From positions 26,102,001-26,166,000 of the forward strand of contig OX597837.1 of NCBI GenBank assembly GCA_951406725.2: a DNA stretch of 64,000 nucleotides, written 5' to 3'. The DNA comes from Octopus vulgaris. Its lineage: Eukaryota. This document shows, in pieces, positions 50,213 through 62,687 of the stretch. The notes below the pieces were generated by a model, which was given only the letters and a program-made list of their open reading frames with translations, ran no database searches and had not been told where the DNA came from. Position 1 is the stretch's first letter. Each line of letters begins with the position of its first letter. Position numbers and translations under genes: made by a program.

Positions 50213-50883
50213 ACCTTTCAATCTAATACTACCATGATTATAAATCAGATAGAATTCAGCGTAATATCTATATTTAAATATGCAACATTATTAACTGCTG
50301 AATTTTGTGTTAATATCAAGTATTATACCATACTATATTAATATTGTCAAACACAACCACACTCACACACACACACAGAAATATGCATACACATACTTTA
50401 TTACAATAAAGAGGTAAAAAAAACAACAACAAAAAAATCGAAACATAAAAACGCAAAACATAAAATGGATGTAAAAATCCTGTTTACTTCATCCCCTCTC
50501 CGCCACCCCCACCCCACGACATTACCCCTCTCCCTGCCACCCCCCCTACTGCCGTTACAAATGTCTACATGTTTTGGCAAGTTGTTGGTGCCAAAATCTA
50601 CCGACAGGTCGTCACCCCGAGAAAGTTGACTCGGTGCAGAGCGTCAACAGACAGATTCGAGACGTCTAACTCACACAGGCAAAACAATTCCGTTTCCTAA
50701 CGAGAAGACGACAACAGATGCATCTTGGGAAGACTGGCAGAACGGGAGCTTAACTTTGGTAGCAAGAACAAGAATTCTTCAGACATGCAAACTTTCTGTG
50801 CAATGACCCTTAAAACCCAAAGACATGGGTTCTTTTACACCTTATTTCCTGCCTACTTTCAGAAACAAACTGGCTGTGTCCTC

Positions 50884-50913
50884 TGTGTGTGTGTGTATGT
50901 GTGTGTGTGTGTC

Positions 50914-50973
<60 letters not shown>

Positions 50974-51078
50974 TGCTGTTACATGCATATATGTGTGTGC
51001 TTGTTTATAATTTTTTTGTGTTGTTTTGTATGCGTGTAAACTTATGTGTGTGTTTGAGCATTTTCGTGGGCATGCGAC

Positions 51079-51116
<38 letters not shown>

Positions 51117-51936
51117 TGTGTGAGCATATGTGAGTGTGTGTGAGTGTGTGAGTGTGTGAGAATATGTGAGTGTGTGTGAGTGTGTGAGCATATGTGAGTG
51201 TGTGTGTGAGTGTGAGCATATGTGTGTGTGTGAGTGTGTGTGAGTGTGTGAGCATATGCAAGTGTGTGAGTGTGTGAGCATATGCAAGTGTGTGAGTGTG
51301 TGAGCATATGTGAGTGTGTGTGTGAGTGTGTTGTGTGAGTGTGAGCATATGTGAGCGTGTGTGAGTATATGTGAGTGTGTGTGAGTATATGTGAGCATGT
51401 GTGAGTGTGTGCGAGTGTGTGAGTGTGTGAGCATATGTGAGTGTGTGTGTGAGCATATGTAAGTGTGTGTGCTGTTGCATGCATATAGTCATGCGTGTGT
51501 TTGTTTTAAATTTTTCCGTGTGTGTGTGTGTGTGTCTTTGCATTACATGTGCGTCGTATGTTTTGTGTGTAAGCTTGTGTGTGTCTGTGCATTTGTGTGG
51601 GTATGAGAGAATATATATGTGAGCATATGTATATGTGTATGTGTGCGCGTGTGAGTTAATGGTTGTGCATGTGGGTGTGCATTGAAGAGTGTGAGCATTT
51701 GTGAATGTGTGTTATATAGACATGAGTGTGTGTGTGTGTGTGTGTGTGTGTGTACATATGCATTGGTCTGTGTCTTCATGATGTGTATACATGAAGTATG
51801 TGCTTGCATGTGTGTTGTGCATGTATGCGTGTGAGTATGCAAGGATATTTGCAAGTATGTTGTCCCCCCTTCTCTCAGTGAAAATGCATGTAATGATGTG
51901 TGTTTATATATATGTATATATATATATGCGTATATA

Positions 51937-51990
<54 letters not shown>

Positions 51991-52013
51991 TATACATATG
52001 TATGTATGTATGC

Positions 52014-52045
<32 letters not shown>

Positions 52046-52108
52046 TATCATTTAACGTCTGCCTTCCATACTGGCATATATATATACAAAATGTACAGAG
52101 ATGTCTGT

Positions 52109-52146
<38 letters not shown>
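50884..52146. repeat. (TG)n / gagcatatgt cryptic repeat and (TA)n
   Basis: Directly visible. Confidence 0.9.
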
Positions 52147-52518
52147 ATGTACCTATTACTGGCGTGTTTGCGAGGAGAGACAGCAAGCAGAAGGCTGCAT
52201 CGTTGCTGAATGCATGTGAAGTGTGAATAATGTGAGCTGGTGTTAGTTTCTGTGACGCTGTCATCGAAACGAACAGCCAAAAAAAGAGAGTCTCTTTCAG
52301 TCGGAGCCAATGTTTTATGATGTGTAAGTATGACAGATTGAAAGAAGACTAAGTTTACAAGGTGGTGGTGGTGGTGGTGTAGGAGATGGCATGGATGATA
52401 TTATACAGCTGCAACAGAGACTACAGCCTCTCTTAGACAACACAGACATGGAACTACACAGACAGAACTACAGAACTGTGGACATAGTCAGAACCTTAAT
52501 AGGTAATAGGATCTTTAA

Positions 52519-52739
52519 CCGTTTAGCATTTAAACCGGCCATATCTGGCCAAAAGTATTCTGCCTGTTTTATGTTCGAACTGACCAGATCTGGTCTCTCA
52601 CACCAACCCTACAATATCGTTTTAAAAATTAACAACTACCTCGTCAAAATCTCATAGCACCAAGATAATGCCTGATTAGTCGAAAACAATGTGGATAAAA
52701 AAGGATTAATTTTGGCAGAATAATACGAACACTAAAGGG
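52519..52739. mobile_element. piggyBac-like MITE (monomer of the 20449 family)
   Basis: TTAA-CCGTTTAG ... CTAAAGGG-TTAA. Confidence 0.9.
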
Positions 52740-53078
52740 TTAAAGTAACTTTAGAGCTGTGGTTCTCAACCATGGTACACATAGGGAAGGGGAATTGCAA
52801 CCGTGTTTCCTGGTCTGCTACCACAGCAGCTCCTTTATAGGATCCAGTTAGCTCAAGACATCGTCAGGAGGAACCACGTCCGGTTTCGGCCCCTACTCCT
52901 CTACCGTTTTGACGTGGCGGGGCCCCACCCTTTTGGAGGTGTCTTCAGCTCTGGTGTTGGGTGCATGTCTTCTTTCTTCTGTTCCCTGGCCTCTTCGATG
53001 TATCGTCAGGGAGTGTCAGCTGGTGACTGACTGTCTTGTTAAATTTTTCCCTTTAAATACCTGCTGCATAGGCTCCAG

Positions 53079-53590
53079 CAGGCAGCCCCAGCAAGTTGTC
53101 GCGTGACACTGTCTCACCTTAACTGACTAGTGAAGGTGCGTAGTTTTAGCCCGCGCTTTTTCTAAATGACCATCACCTGTCAGGCAGCCCCAGCAAGTTG
53201 TCACACGACACTGTCTCACCTTAACTGACTAGTGAAGGTGCGTAGTTTTAGCCCGCGCTTTTTCTAAACGACCATCACCTGTCAGGCAGCCCCAGCAAGT
53301 TGTCATGTGACACTGTCTCACCTTAACTAACTAGTGAAGGCACGTAGTTTTAGCCCGCGCTTTTTCTAAACGACCATCACCTGTCAGGCAGCCCCAGCAA
53401 GTTGTCACGTGACACTGTCTCACCTTAACTGGCTAGTGAAGGCGCATAGTTTTAGCCCGCGCTTTTTCTAAACGACCATCACCTGTCAGGCAGCCCCAGC
53501 AAGTTGTCACACGACACTGTCTCACCTTAACTGAGTAGTGAAGGTGCGTAGTTTTAGCCCGCGCTTTTTCTAAATGACCGTCACCTGTCA
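53079..53590. repeat. 102-bp tandem repeat x5, GC-rich
   Basis: caggcagccccagcaagttgtc at 53079, 53181, 53283, 53385 and 53487. Confidence 0.95.
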
Positions 53591-53687
53591 GTCAGCTTGT
53601 CTCACCTAATGATGTTATTTCCCGTCGGCGTGTTTAAGACTTTCAAGCCGATGGGAAATAATAAATTGGGATACTTAGTAGTATATT

Positions 53688-54210
53688 GTGAAGGCGCATG
53701 GTTCAGTGGTTAGAGCATCAAGCTTACGATCGTGAGGTTGTGAGCTCGAATCCCGGATCGGGCTGTGTGTTGCGTTCTTGAGCAAGACACTTTATTTCAC
53801 GTTGCTCCAGTTCACTCAGCTGTAGAAATGAGTTGCGATGTCACAGGTGCCAAGCTGTATCGGCCGTTGCCTTTCCCTTGGATAACACTGGTGGCATGGA
53901 GAGGGGATGCTGGTATTTCATCTGCAATTACATTGTGAGTTCAAATTCCGCCGAGGTCGACTTTGCCTTTCATCCTTTCGGGGTCGATAAATTAAGTACC
54001 AGTTACGCACTGGGGTCGATGTAATCGACTTAATACCTATGTCTGTCCTGGTTTGTCCCCTCTGTGTTTAGCCCCTTGTGGGTAATAAAGAAATAGGTAT
54101 GCATGAGCGACTGCTGGTCTTCCATAAACAACCTTGCCCGGACTTGTGTCTGGGAGGGTAACTGACTAGGTGCAATCCCACGGCCTGTGTCATGACTGAA
54201 GGGGGTCTCA
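53688..54210 (+). mobile_element. SINE E (tRNA head plus CORE-like domain), full length, with a SINE B unit inserted at 53912-54100
   Basis: A-box tggttcagtgg, ttcttgagcaagacactt..cactcagctgtagaaatg (CORE-like), 11-bp TSD agtagtatatt. Confidence 0.85.
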
Positions 54211-54682
54211 GTAGTATATTAAGGGCTCATAAATAAATTTTGCTAAAGATGTATTCATTGCAAGAAACAACTCAGTTTCTTTCTCTAATGTCTTACCTGC
54301 ACAGGTGAATGTATGCAAAATGAAATAGAAATTTTTCAAGAAATATCTATAAAACTATTTTTTAAATATTGAATAGCTGTGGGGTTCCACCAGGGTAAAA
54401 TAGTAATCAAAGGGGTCCATAGGTAAAAAAAAAACAGTCGAGAACCATTGCTTTAGGGTTTGATACACTGTACTCGAGCAAATTGACCCCAGGACTTATT
54501 CTTTGTAAGCCTAGTACTTATTCTATTGGTCTCTTTTTGCCGAACTGCTAAGTTACGGGGACGTAAACACACCAGCATTGGTTGTCAAGCGATGTTGGGC
54601 GGACAAACACAGACACACAAACACATACACACACAAACATACACATATATACATATAATGGTATAATAATAATAATAATAAT

Positions 54683-54968
54683 GCCCTGATGCAGTACCAG
54701 GCAGTGGCTCTCGTGGCTTCTGATCTTAGCTGATTGGAAGTGTTATCATGTACATTGTTTTGTCCTGGTGTAAAAGATGGGCTACAGTAAATATTCTGCT
54801 CAATACCACAGATTTGCTTGTCAGTTGTTTGACCATAACTAGTTGACCATGTCCCTTGTGATGCATGTGCCTGGTGTACCCTTATCAAAGAGGTAGTCAT
54901 GATGGGTATACTGGGCTTTGTATATTTTCCCTAGTGTCCCTTCGATGGCATGTACTGCTCTCTCACTC
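54683..54968 (+). mobile_element. Family F, internally deleted, both ends in (AAT)n
   Basis: Same 5' gccctgatgcagtacc and 3' ctctcactc ends as 62090-62644. Confidence 0.85.
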
Positions 54969-55118
54969 AATAATAATAATAATAATAACAATAATAATAA
55001 TAATAATAACAAAAGTGATTTCTTATAGTGACACAAAAAATACAGTGATTTTAATGGGCCCTCAGCTTATTACTGGTACTGTGATTCATGGTATATAAAA
55101 CGTGATTTATATACCAAA

Positions 55119-55349
55119 GGCGGCGAGCTGGGAGAAATGTTAGCCCACCAGGCGAAACACTTAGCGGTATTTTGTCTGTCGTTACGTTCTGAGTTCAAAT
55201 TCCGCCGAGGTGGACTTTGCCTTTCATCCTTTCAGGGTCGATAAATAAAGTACCAGTTTCGCACTGGGGTCGATATAATCGACGTAATACCTATGTCTGT
55301 CCTTGTTTGTCCCCTCTATGCTTAGCCCCCTGTGGGTAATAAAGAAATA
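55119..55349 (+). mobile_element. SINE B, full length
   Basis: TSD ggtatat(a/g)aaacgtgatt. Confidence 0.9.
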
Positions 55350-55527
55350 GGTATATGAAACGTGATTATTTCCCCACCCTTGAAAAAATCTCAAAACAAC
55401 CCACGCTGGATCCTATATGTGAACTTAGGCCTATGTCTCATGCTTTAATGTACTTAAAACATTTTATCTTTAAGTGCTGCTCAAATTGGGGGTGCCTCTA
55501 ATATGCACATGTGTCTTTTGTTCCATG

Positions 55528-55724
55528 GTACCCCTGTGCCAGTGGCACGTAAAAAGCACCCACTACACTCATGGAGTGGTTGGCGTTAGGAAGGACATCC
55601 AGCCATAGAAACATTGCCAGATCAGACTGGGCCTGGTGCAGCCTTCTGGCTTCCCAGACCCCAGTTGCACCGTCCAACCCATGCCAGCATGGAAAGCGGA
55701 CGCTAAACGATGATGATGATGATG
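55528..55724 (+). mobile_element. RTE 3'UTR end (family D)
   Basis: ggcacgtaaaaagcacc..ggttggcgttaggaagg..(GAT)n. Confidence 0.8.
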
Positions 55725-56091
55725 AATATAGTATTTATTTTCTCAGTTTCGGAAGATGAAATACCAAGTGAACCCCGGTATGATTTGAACTCAGACATAT
55801 TTATAAAAGGGGTCACTCTCCAGCACCCCTCAAAAATGTATGTAGTGAGAGGTGGTAAACCTGAGACAAGCGATCATACCTTTCCCATGGTATGGAATGG
55901 TGCCAACTCTCTTTTACACCGAAGCAACTCCATTCCTGTTAGTCTACGGTTTCACACGTTCACAGAATCATCATCTGTTGCTAAGACAGTTTAGGTGTCA
56001 CAGATATGAAGAGATGACGCGTGGGAAAATGAAGGGATATATTTATTTTCTGGATAACTAATATTGCCAGTCTGATGGCAGTAGACGTTAC

Positions 56092-56125
<34 letters not shown>

Positions 56126-56459
56126 GTGCTGATATTCAAAGATACTATAAAGACGAAAACAAAAGCCAAAATAAATGAATAAATAAATAAATACAGCTCT
56201 TATACCCAACATCTCTTTAAAAAGATAGAAAAAGAAAAACCGCAGAAGAATTTCAAAACAAAACAAAACCGATTCCTTTTAAAAGTTATGGTTTTCACAA
56301 ATATTTCAGTGGAAAGAACCATGGATAATTTAAAATGGAATTTTATGTGTTTTATCAAAAGTATTCTAGGTTTCGTTTGAAATGGGTTTTTTTTTTTTTT
56401 CCTTCTCTTTCTCTTCACTTTGAAGTTAATTTCTACAAATGTTAATAATAATGCTGATG

Positions 56460-56512
<53 letters not shown>

Positions 56513-56627
56513 CATGATGATGATGATGATGATTTCAAATTTTGGCACAAGGCCAGAAATTTCGGGGATGGAGGTTAATTGGTAATATTGATCCCAGTGC
56601 TCAACTGGTACTTATTTTATTGACTCC

Positions 56628-56665
<38 letters not shown>

Positions 56666-56676
56666 TGATGATAATG

Positions 56677-56707
<31 letters not shown>

Positions 56708-56787
56708 TGATAATAATAATAATAATAATAATGATAATAATGATGATGATAATGATAATAATAATGATAATGATAATAATAACAATG

Positions 56788-56824
<37 letters not shown>

Positions 56825-56997
56825 TAATAATGATGATGATAATGATAATAATAATAATAATGATAATAATAATGATAATAATGATGATGATAATGATAAT
56901 AATGATGATGATAATGATAATGATAATAATGATGATGATAATGATAATGATAATAATGATAATAATAATAATGATGATGATAATAATAATAATAATC
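56628..56997. repeat. (AAT/GAT)n tract between SINE B2 fragments
   Basis: Directly visible. Confidence 0.95.
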
Positions 56998-57223
56998 TTT
57001 TTCACTATATGCATAAGGTCTGAAATTTTGGGAGAGGGGGCTAGTTGATTACATCAATCCCAGTGTTTCACTGGGACTGAATTTATCAGCCCCGAAAGGA
57101 ATGAAAGGCAAAGTCAACCTCAGTGGAATCTGAACTCAGAACGGGTAAACGGACAAAATGCCGCTGATCATTTTTGACTGGCTTGCTAATTATTCTGCCA
57201 GCTCACCACCTTAACAGTAATAT

Positions 57224-57268
<45 letters not shown>

Positions 57269-57270
<2 letters not shown>

Positions 57271-57732
57271 GATCAGACAAAAAAGATGTGTTTATTAATT
57301 GACATGTGTATTTCTTGCGATCACAATATAGCGGTGAAAGAATTTGACAAGCTTAGTAAATATAAAGACCTGTTAATAAAAATTGAAAAAATGTGGCATC
57401 TCAAGGTGACTACAGTACCAGTGATTGTAGGATCTCTAGGAATGATAAAAAAAAGGTACTGAAACCTATTTGAAAATGATTCCAGGCTTACCATCCCTAC
57501 CGGAAGTGCAAAAAAATCGTATTAACTGGAACGGCTCAGGTACTGAGAAGAGCATTATCGCTGTGAAATCAACATCCCTCCATGAATTTATTTATTAATT
57601 TTTAAATACATATTTTATCTGTGAATTTGCGTGTGTAATCTGGGAATGTATACAATGAGCTTCTCTGCCCTAGGTGTATGGAAAACACTCGGCGAGAAAC
57701 GGAAGAAAATTTGAAGAAAGAAGGAAAAAACA
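57269..57732 (+). mobile_element. R4/Dong 3' fragment (third, divergent copy) in (AAT)n
   Basis: KDQTKKMCLLIDM..KEFDKLSKYKDL..MWHLKVTTVPVIVGSLGMIKK, with (AAT)n on both sides. Confidence 0.85.
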
Positions 57733-60671
57733 TAATAATAATAATATTATTATTAATAATAATAATGTTGATGTTAGAAACTCCTTTTATAAGTCCATGA
57801 AAATAGAATTGTCAGTAATAGCCTCCAGTGATACAAAAATTTTCTTCACTTCAAAGACCAAAGTCCTGGAGACGTTTTATTAATAATTTAAAAACTTGGT
57901 GAAGAGACGGAAGGTAAAATATTATGGTATTTCAGGCTTTCATTCTTTAATGTTCTGTGTTCATGTGAAGAATCTAATAAGGCTGACTTTTACTTTTGCC
58001 TCTTCTTCCCTGCAGGACCTACAAAGGAAGAACCAGCCAAGTACCGGTGGCAGTTTTATTTAAATATACATTTCTGCCCTTCACCAGAAAAAAAAATGTG
58101 GTCTGCTGTTTATGTTAGAAATTAGGGAAAATACTTTTATCTCACCTGTATATATTGCTGCACAGAGGATACTGAAATCAATAAATCTTTCTTACCACGA
58201 AAACGTCAACAGAGACACACATACACATGTATATATGTTGTTTCAGTTATTACACCGTGGCCATGCTGGGGCACCACCTTGAAAATCTTTTAGTTGAATG
58301 AATAAATCCCAATACTTTTTCTTTTAATCCTGGTACTCATTCTATCAGTCTTTTTTGCCGAACCACTAAGTTATAGGGATTTAAACATACCCACATGGAT
58401 TGTTAAGTGGTGGCAGGGGACAAAAACAGGCACAAAGACACACACACACAAACACATGACGGGCTTCTTTCAGTTTCCATCAATCAGATCCACCCACAAG
58501 GATTTATAATTATAGAATTTTTGTATAAGGTTACCGATAATGATTCTTTTAACATACCAAACTACTTGGTAAAATTATTTTGGAAGATGAAATACCAAGT
58601 GAACCCTTAATCGACTTTATTATTATTGATTATATATATATATATATATCAAGGGGGAGTTGAAAGGTTCCTGGCTTTAAAGTTACTGCAAAAGTAACTT
58701 TCAGATTCTATGTACCAAATCCACTCACGCAGTTTTGGTCGGCCCCAGGTTATAGAAGACACTTGCTCAAGATGCCACACTGGGACTGAACCTGGAACCA
58801 TGTGGTTGGGAAACAACTTCTTACCACATAATTTTTTTTTTATGGAACTGAATAAATGAAACTCTTTAACTAAAAATACACATTTCCTTAAATATTTTGG
58901 AACTCAGAAAATCTTATTTAGTGATGGAACTAGTTTAAAATAATTCTAAGTATTTCAAAGTTTCCTTCTCAAAACTGCAAAAATAAATATCTTTGCCAAC
59001 AGCTGCCGCCATCAATAATGGTCAGAGACATTCTAATGATAGAAATCTGACAGATTAGCTGTTTGATAGACAGAAACAGCACTTTTAACTCATAGTACTG
59101 AGAGAATTTCTTCCCCTGAGACCCAATCTTACTATCTCTCAGGGTGGTCTTAGACCAAAAGGACAGAGATTCAGTAATGTTGAAACTATTATATTTACTA
59201 GCAACCCCTAATGTTCTGTGTTCAAAATCTGCTGGGCTGAGTACTGACTTTTATCTCTCTAAGGTTCATCTAAATTAAATATGGTCACGCAGTGGGACTG
59301 AACCCAGAACCATGTGGTTGGCAAGCAAGCTTCTTATCTCACAGCCATGTCTGCGTCTATTTATGCTAAGTGATTTATATAATCATCATCATCATCATCA
59401 TTTTACCTGCTGATTGACTAAGAAGATGGATGTTCCCTTTGTTGATTCATGTATGATTGCTCATAAAAATAAACTCATGCCCACATGGTTAGATATGGCT
59501 CACAACAATGTGGTTTCAAGTTCAGTCCCACCGCTTGCCACCTTGGGCAAGTGTCTTCTGCCATAACTTCAGATTGACTCAAACATCGCGAATGGATTTG
59601 TGTTGGGTTTGAAAACTGTGTCGAATCCGGATAAGTAAAATTGACTGAAACAGACTGAGCTATGTCCCAACCCATGGCTAAGTCTACCTGCGACTAAAAG
59701 TTACAAGTGTCCAAGGAATACTCATCCACTTTACAATTTAACACAAGGTAGAGCTTGTCTTATCTGTATGATTGAGCAATTGGAACACTAACTTGGGAAA
59801 GTCTATGGGAGAAGCCATTAGTTTATGTGGGTGGTGGCAGGAGAAATGTTTTGAGCCATTAAAGTTATAAGACAACAACAACAATTAATAATTAATTGAA
59901 AAATTAAACAAGGGAGTAAAAGGAGTAGGTGGGGAGAGAGAGCTGGGAGGAGGAGAGGGATGTGAGGGAAAACGTCAACAATGGGACATGAAATAACGAA
60001 TGATGTGATGAAAGCTTGTTAAAACGGTAACAATCTAACGATTGTACAATTAAAGTTATCAGTTCCAGGACTCATTAAATTAATGAGGTTTGTTTTGGTT
60101 GTTGTTTTTCTTTTTGTTTGATCTGCCATTAAACATCATTGATTTTCTACAGGTTTCAGTTCGTTTCAATAATTAACTTATATATACCCACGCGTTACAG
60201 GGACGTAAACATGCCAGCATCGGTTGTCAAGCGATGTTGGCTGCAGTCAAAAATGACCAAAACAAGTAAAAGAATAATAAAAAAAAAGGACTTAAAATAT
60301 TTTAAAGATATAATCGAAAAGAAGTAAATTTATCAAAAATATTATCAATATATTCAAAATGTTATAAAATTTCTGTGAGAAGGAAGTTAATAGGCTAAGG
60401 AAATTATTATCTTGAAAATGAACCTTGCTTTGGGACATAACGAAGAGGTAAAATGAATATAATAGAGGACAATTAATCAGAAGTAGTGCTGAAATATTTG
60501 GTAAATCGTTAACAACCTTATTTAAGATAGACTGAAAAGAGAGACAAAAAAAAAAAAAATCAACTTATGGCAGATGAAGTCGGAATATCACAAAATGAAA
60601 GAAATATCTCAATTATATTTGTATGAAGAGCAAAAGTGAATTTTTAGGAAAAACTATAACAAAGAGAACCA

Positions 60672-60833
60672 GAGTGGCTGTGTGGTAAGTAGCTTGTTTA
60701 CCAACCACATGGTTCCGGGTTCAGTCCCACTGCATGGCACCTTGGGCAAGTGTCTTCTACTATAGCCTCGGGCTGAACAAAGCCTTGTGAGTGGATTTGG
60801 TAGACGAAAACTGAAAGAAGCCCGTCGTATATA

Positions 60834-60907
<74 letters not shown>

Positions 60908-61121
60908 TGTGTCGGTGTTTGTACCCCTAGCATCGCTTGACAACTGATGCTGGTGTGTTTATGTCCCCGTCACTTAGCGGTTCAGCAAAAGAGACCGATA
61001 GAATAAGTACTGGGCTTACAAAGAATAAGTCCCGGGGTCAATTTGCTCAACTAAAGGCGGTGCTCCAGCATGGCCTGCAGTCAAATGACTGAAAAAAATA
61101 AAAGAATAAAAGAGTAAGAGT
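60672..61121 (+). mobile_element. SINE A, full length
   Basis: Family consensus match. Confidence 0.9.
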
Positions 61122-61834
61122 AAATATATTACTGGTAGTTCTTAATAAATATCACATCTGAATAAACATTGGACTGAAGTAGGATAAGACTAATCCAAGT
61201 AAAGCCATTTAATAAAGTATTGTAGTGCCAAAGTGGTTGGTTTCCACAGACTTTTTACATTTAGATTTTAAATATTAATGCCATCTTATTGATTACTCCA
61301 GGGAAAATTCATCATCATTTTGTCTTCTCTGCAAATTAGAAAATCTCCCCATGGTTCCAAACTATTTTGATTCTCTTCCGATATTATTATCTCATTTGCT
61401 TTCATCAGGGTTTTCTCGTTAACTCTTTCCCAGCTGAGGGTAATTACTTTGTAAATGATTCCTTTCGATCAAAACAACCGAAACTTTGATTGGAATTACA
61501 ACATTCGGTCATTGTCTTGTTGTGATGGGAATTGAGAAAGGAAAAGGTAAAAAAAAAGGTAACTTAAGTAATGAAAAAAACAAACAAAAATGATAATGAT
61601 AATGTAAATATATTTTTTCAATTGGAAAATATAAATAATTAAAAATTTTGTTATGAATGAAAAAAAAACCCCCAAAAATACTGAAAATAAATATTTTAAT
61701 ATTTGATGATTTTTGAAAATTCAATTTTTGTCATTGTAGAAATTACTGTACATGTGGTAGAAATACAATGAGAGAAGACAGTTCATAGGCTAATAAACTG
61801 ATGACGACGACAACAACAACAACAACAACAACAA

Positions 61835-62046
61835 TCCTTTCTACTATAGGCACAAGGTCTGAAATTTGGGCGGGAGACTACCTGAGTTATTTCAACCCCA
61901 GTGTTTTGCTGGTACTTGATTTATCAACTCTGAAAGGATGAAAGGCCAAGTTAACCTTGGTGGAATTTGAACTTGGAACACAAAGATAGATGATATACCA
62001 CTAAGCATTTTGCCCAGCATACTAACAATTCTGCCAGCTCACTGCT
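61835..62046 (-). mobile_element. Old SINE B2
   Basis: Diverged head, core and tail. Confidence 0.75.
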
Positions 62047-62088
<42 letters not shown>

Positions 62089-62089
62089 T

Positions 62090-62644
62090 GCCCTGATGCA
62101 GTACCAGGCAGTGGCTCTCATGGCTTCTGATCTTAACTGATTGGAAGTGTTATCATGTACATTGTTTTGTCTTGGTATAAAAGATGGGCTACAGCAAATA
62201 TTCAGCTCAATACCACAGATTTGCTTGTCAGTTGTTCGACCGTAACCAGTTGAGCATGTCCCTTGGTGGCTGACGTTATGTGCATCCCTGATCACGAGCA
62301 GAAGTAGTGGGGGAGCATCATAGCCATGTGTTGAGAGGGATTCTTTGGGGTTTGAATAATTCACCTCTGGAAACATGGGTGGTTCTTTCAACATCCTTAA
62401 AAAAAACCTTATTCAGGGACCTTTTGAGCGGGATGGGCTACTCAACCTGAAGAAAATTCTAACTGGGTCCCACCTGCAAGGTCATGTGCTCTTTATCTTG
62501 ATATGAGATCACCATGTCATGCACATATGGTTGTGATGCATGTGCCTGGTGTACCTTTATCAGACGGGTAGTCATGATGGGTATATTGGGCTTCGTATAT
62601 TTTACCCCAGTGTCACTTTGATGGCATGCACTGCTCTCTCACTC
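62090..62644 (+). mobile_element. Family F, intact ~555-bp copy in (AAT)n
   Basis: No tRNA head, TIR or coding ORF recognised. (AAT)n on both flanks. Five copies in the window. Confidence 0.85.
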
Positions 62645-62687
62645 AATAATAATAATAATAATAATAATAATCATAATGACAATGAAA

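Larger units (their letters stand above)
52757..54450. mobile_element. Old hAT (Charlie-like) non-autonomous element carrying nested insertions
   Basis: Ends CTGTGGTTCTCAAC / GTCGAGAACCATTG, 8-bp TSD ctttagag/ctttaggg. Confidence 0.65.

Noticed and set aside
55746-55994. Acceptor plus ~80-codon ORF (VSEDEIPSEPRYD...)
   Set aside because: Its start is a decayed SINE-B reverse complement and no domain is recognisable
57985-58050. Strong polypyrimidine acceptor cttcttccctgcag
   Set aside because: Lies in what appears to be a very old SINE-B2 core, and no good donor follows
58648-58682. Mariner-like TIR remnant caagggggagttgaaaggttcctggcttt after (TA)n
   Set aside because: No partner TIR or internal sequence in the window
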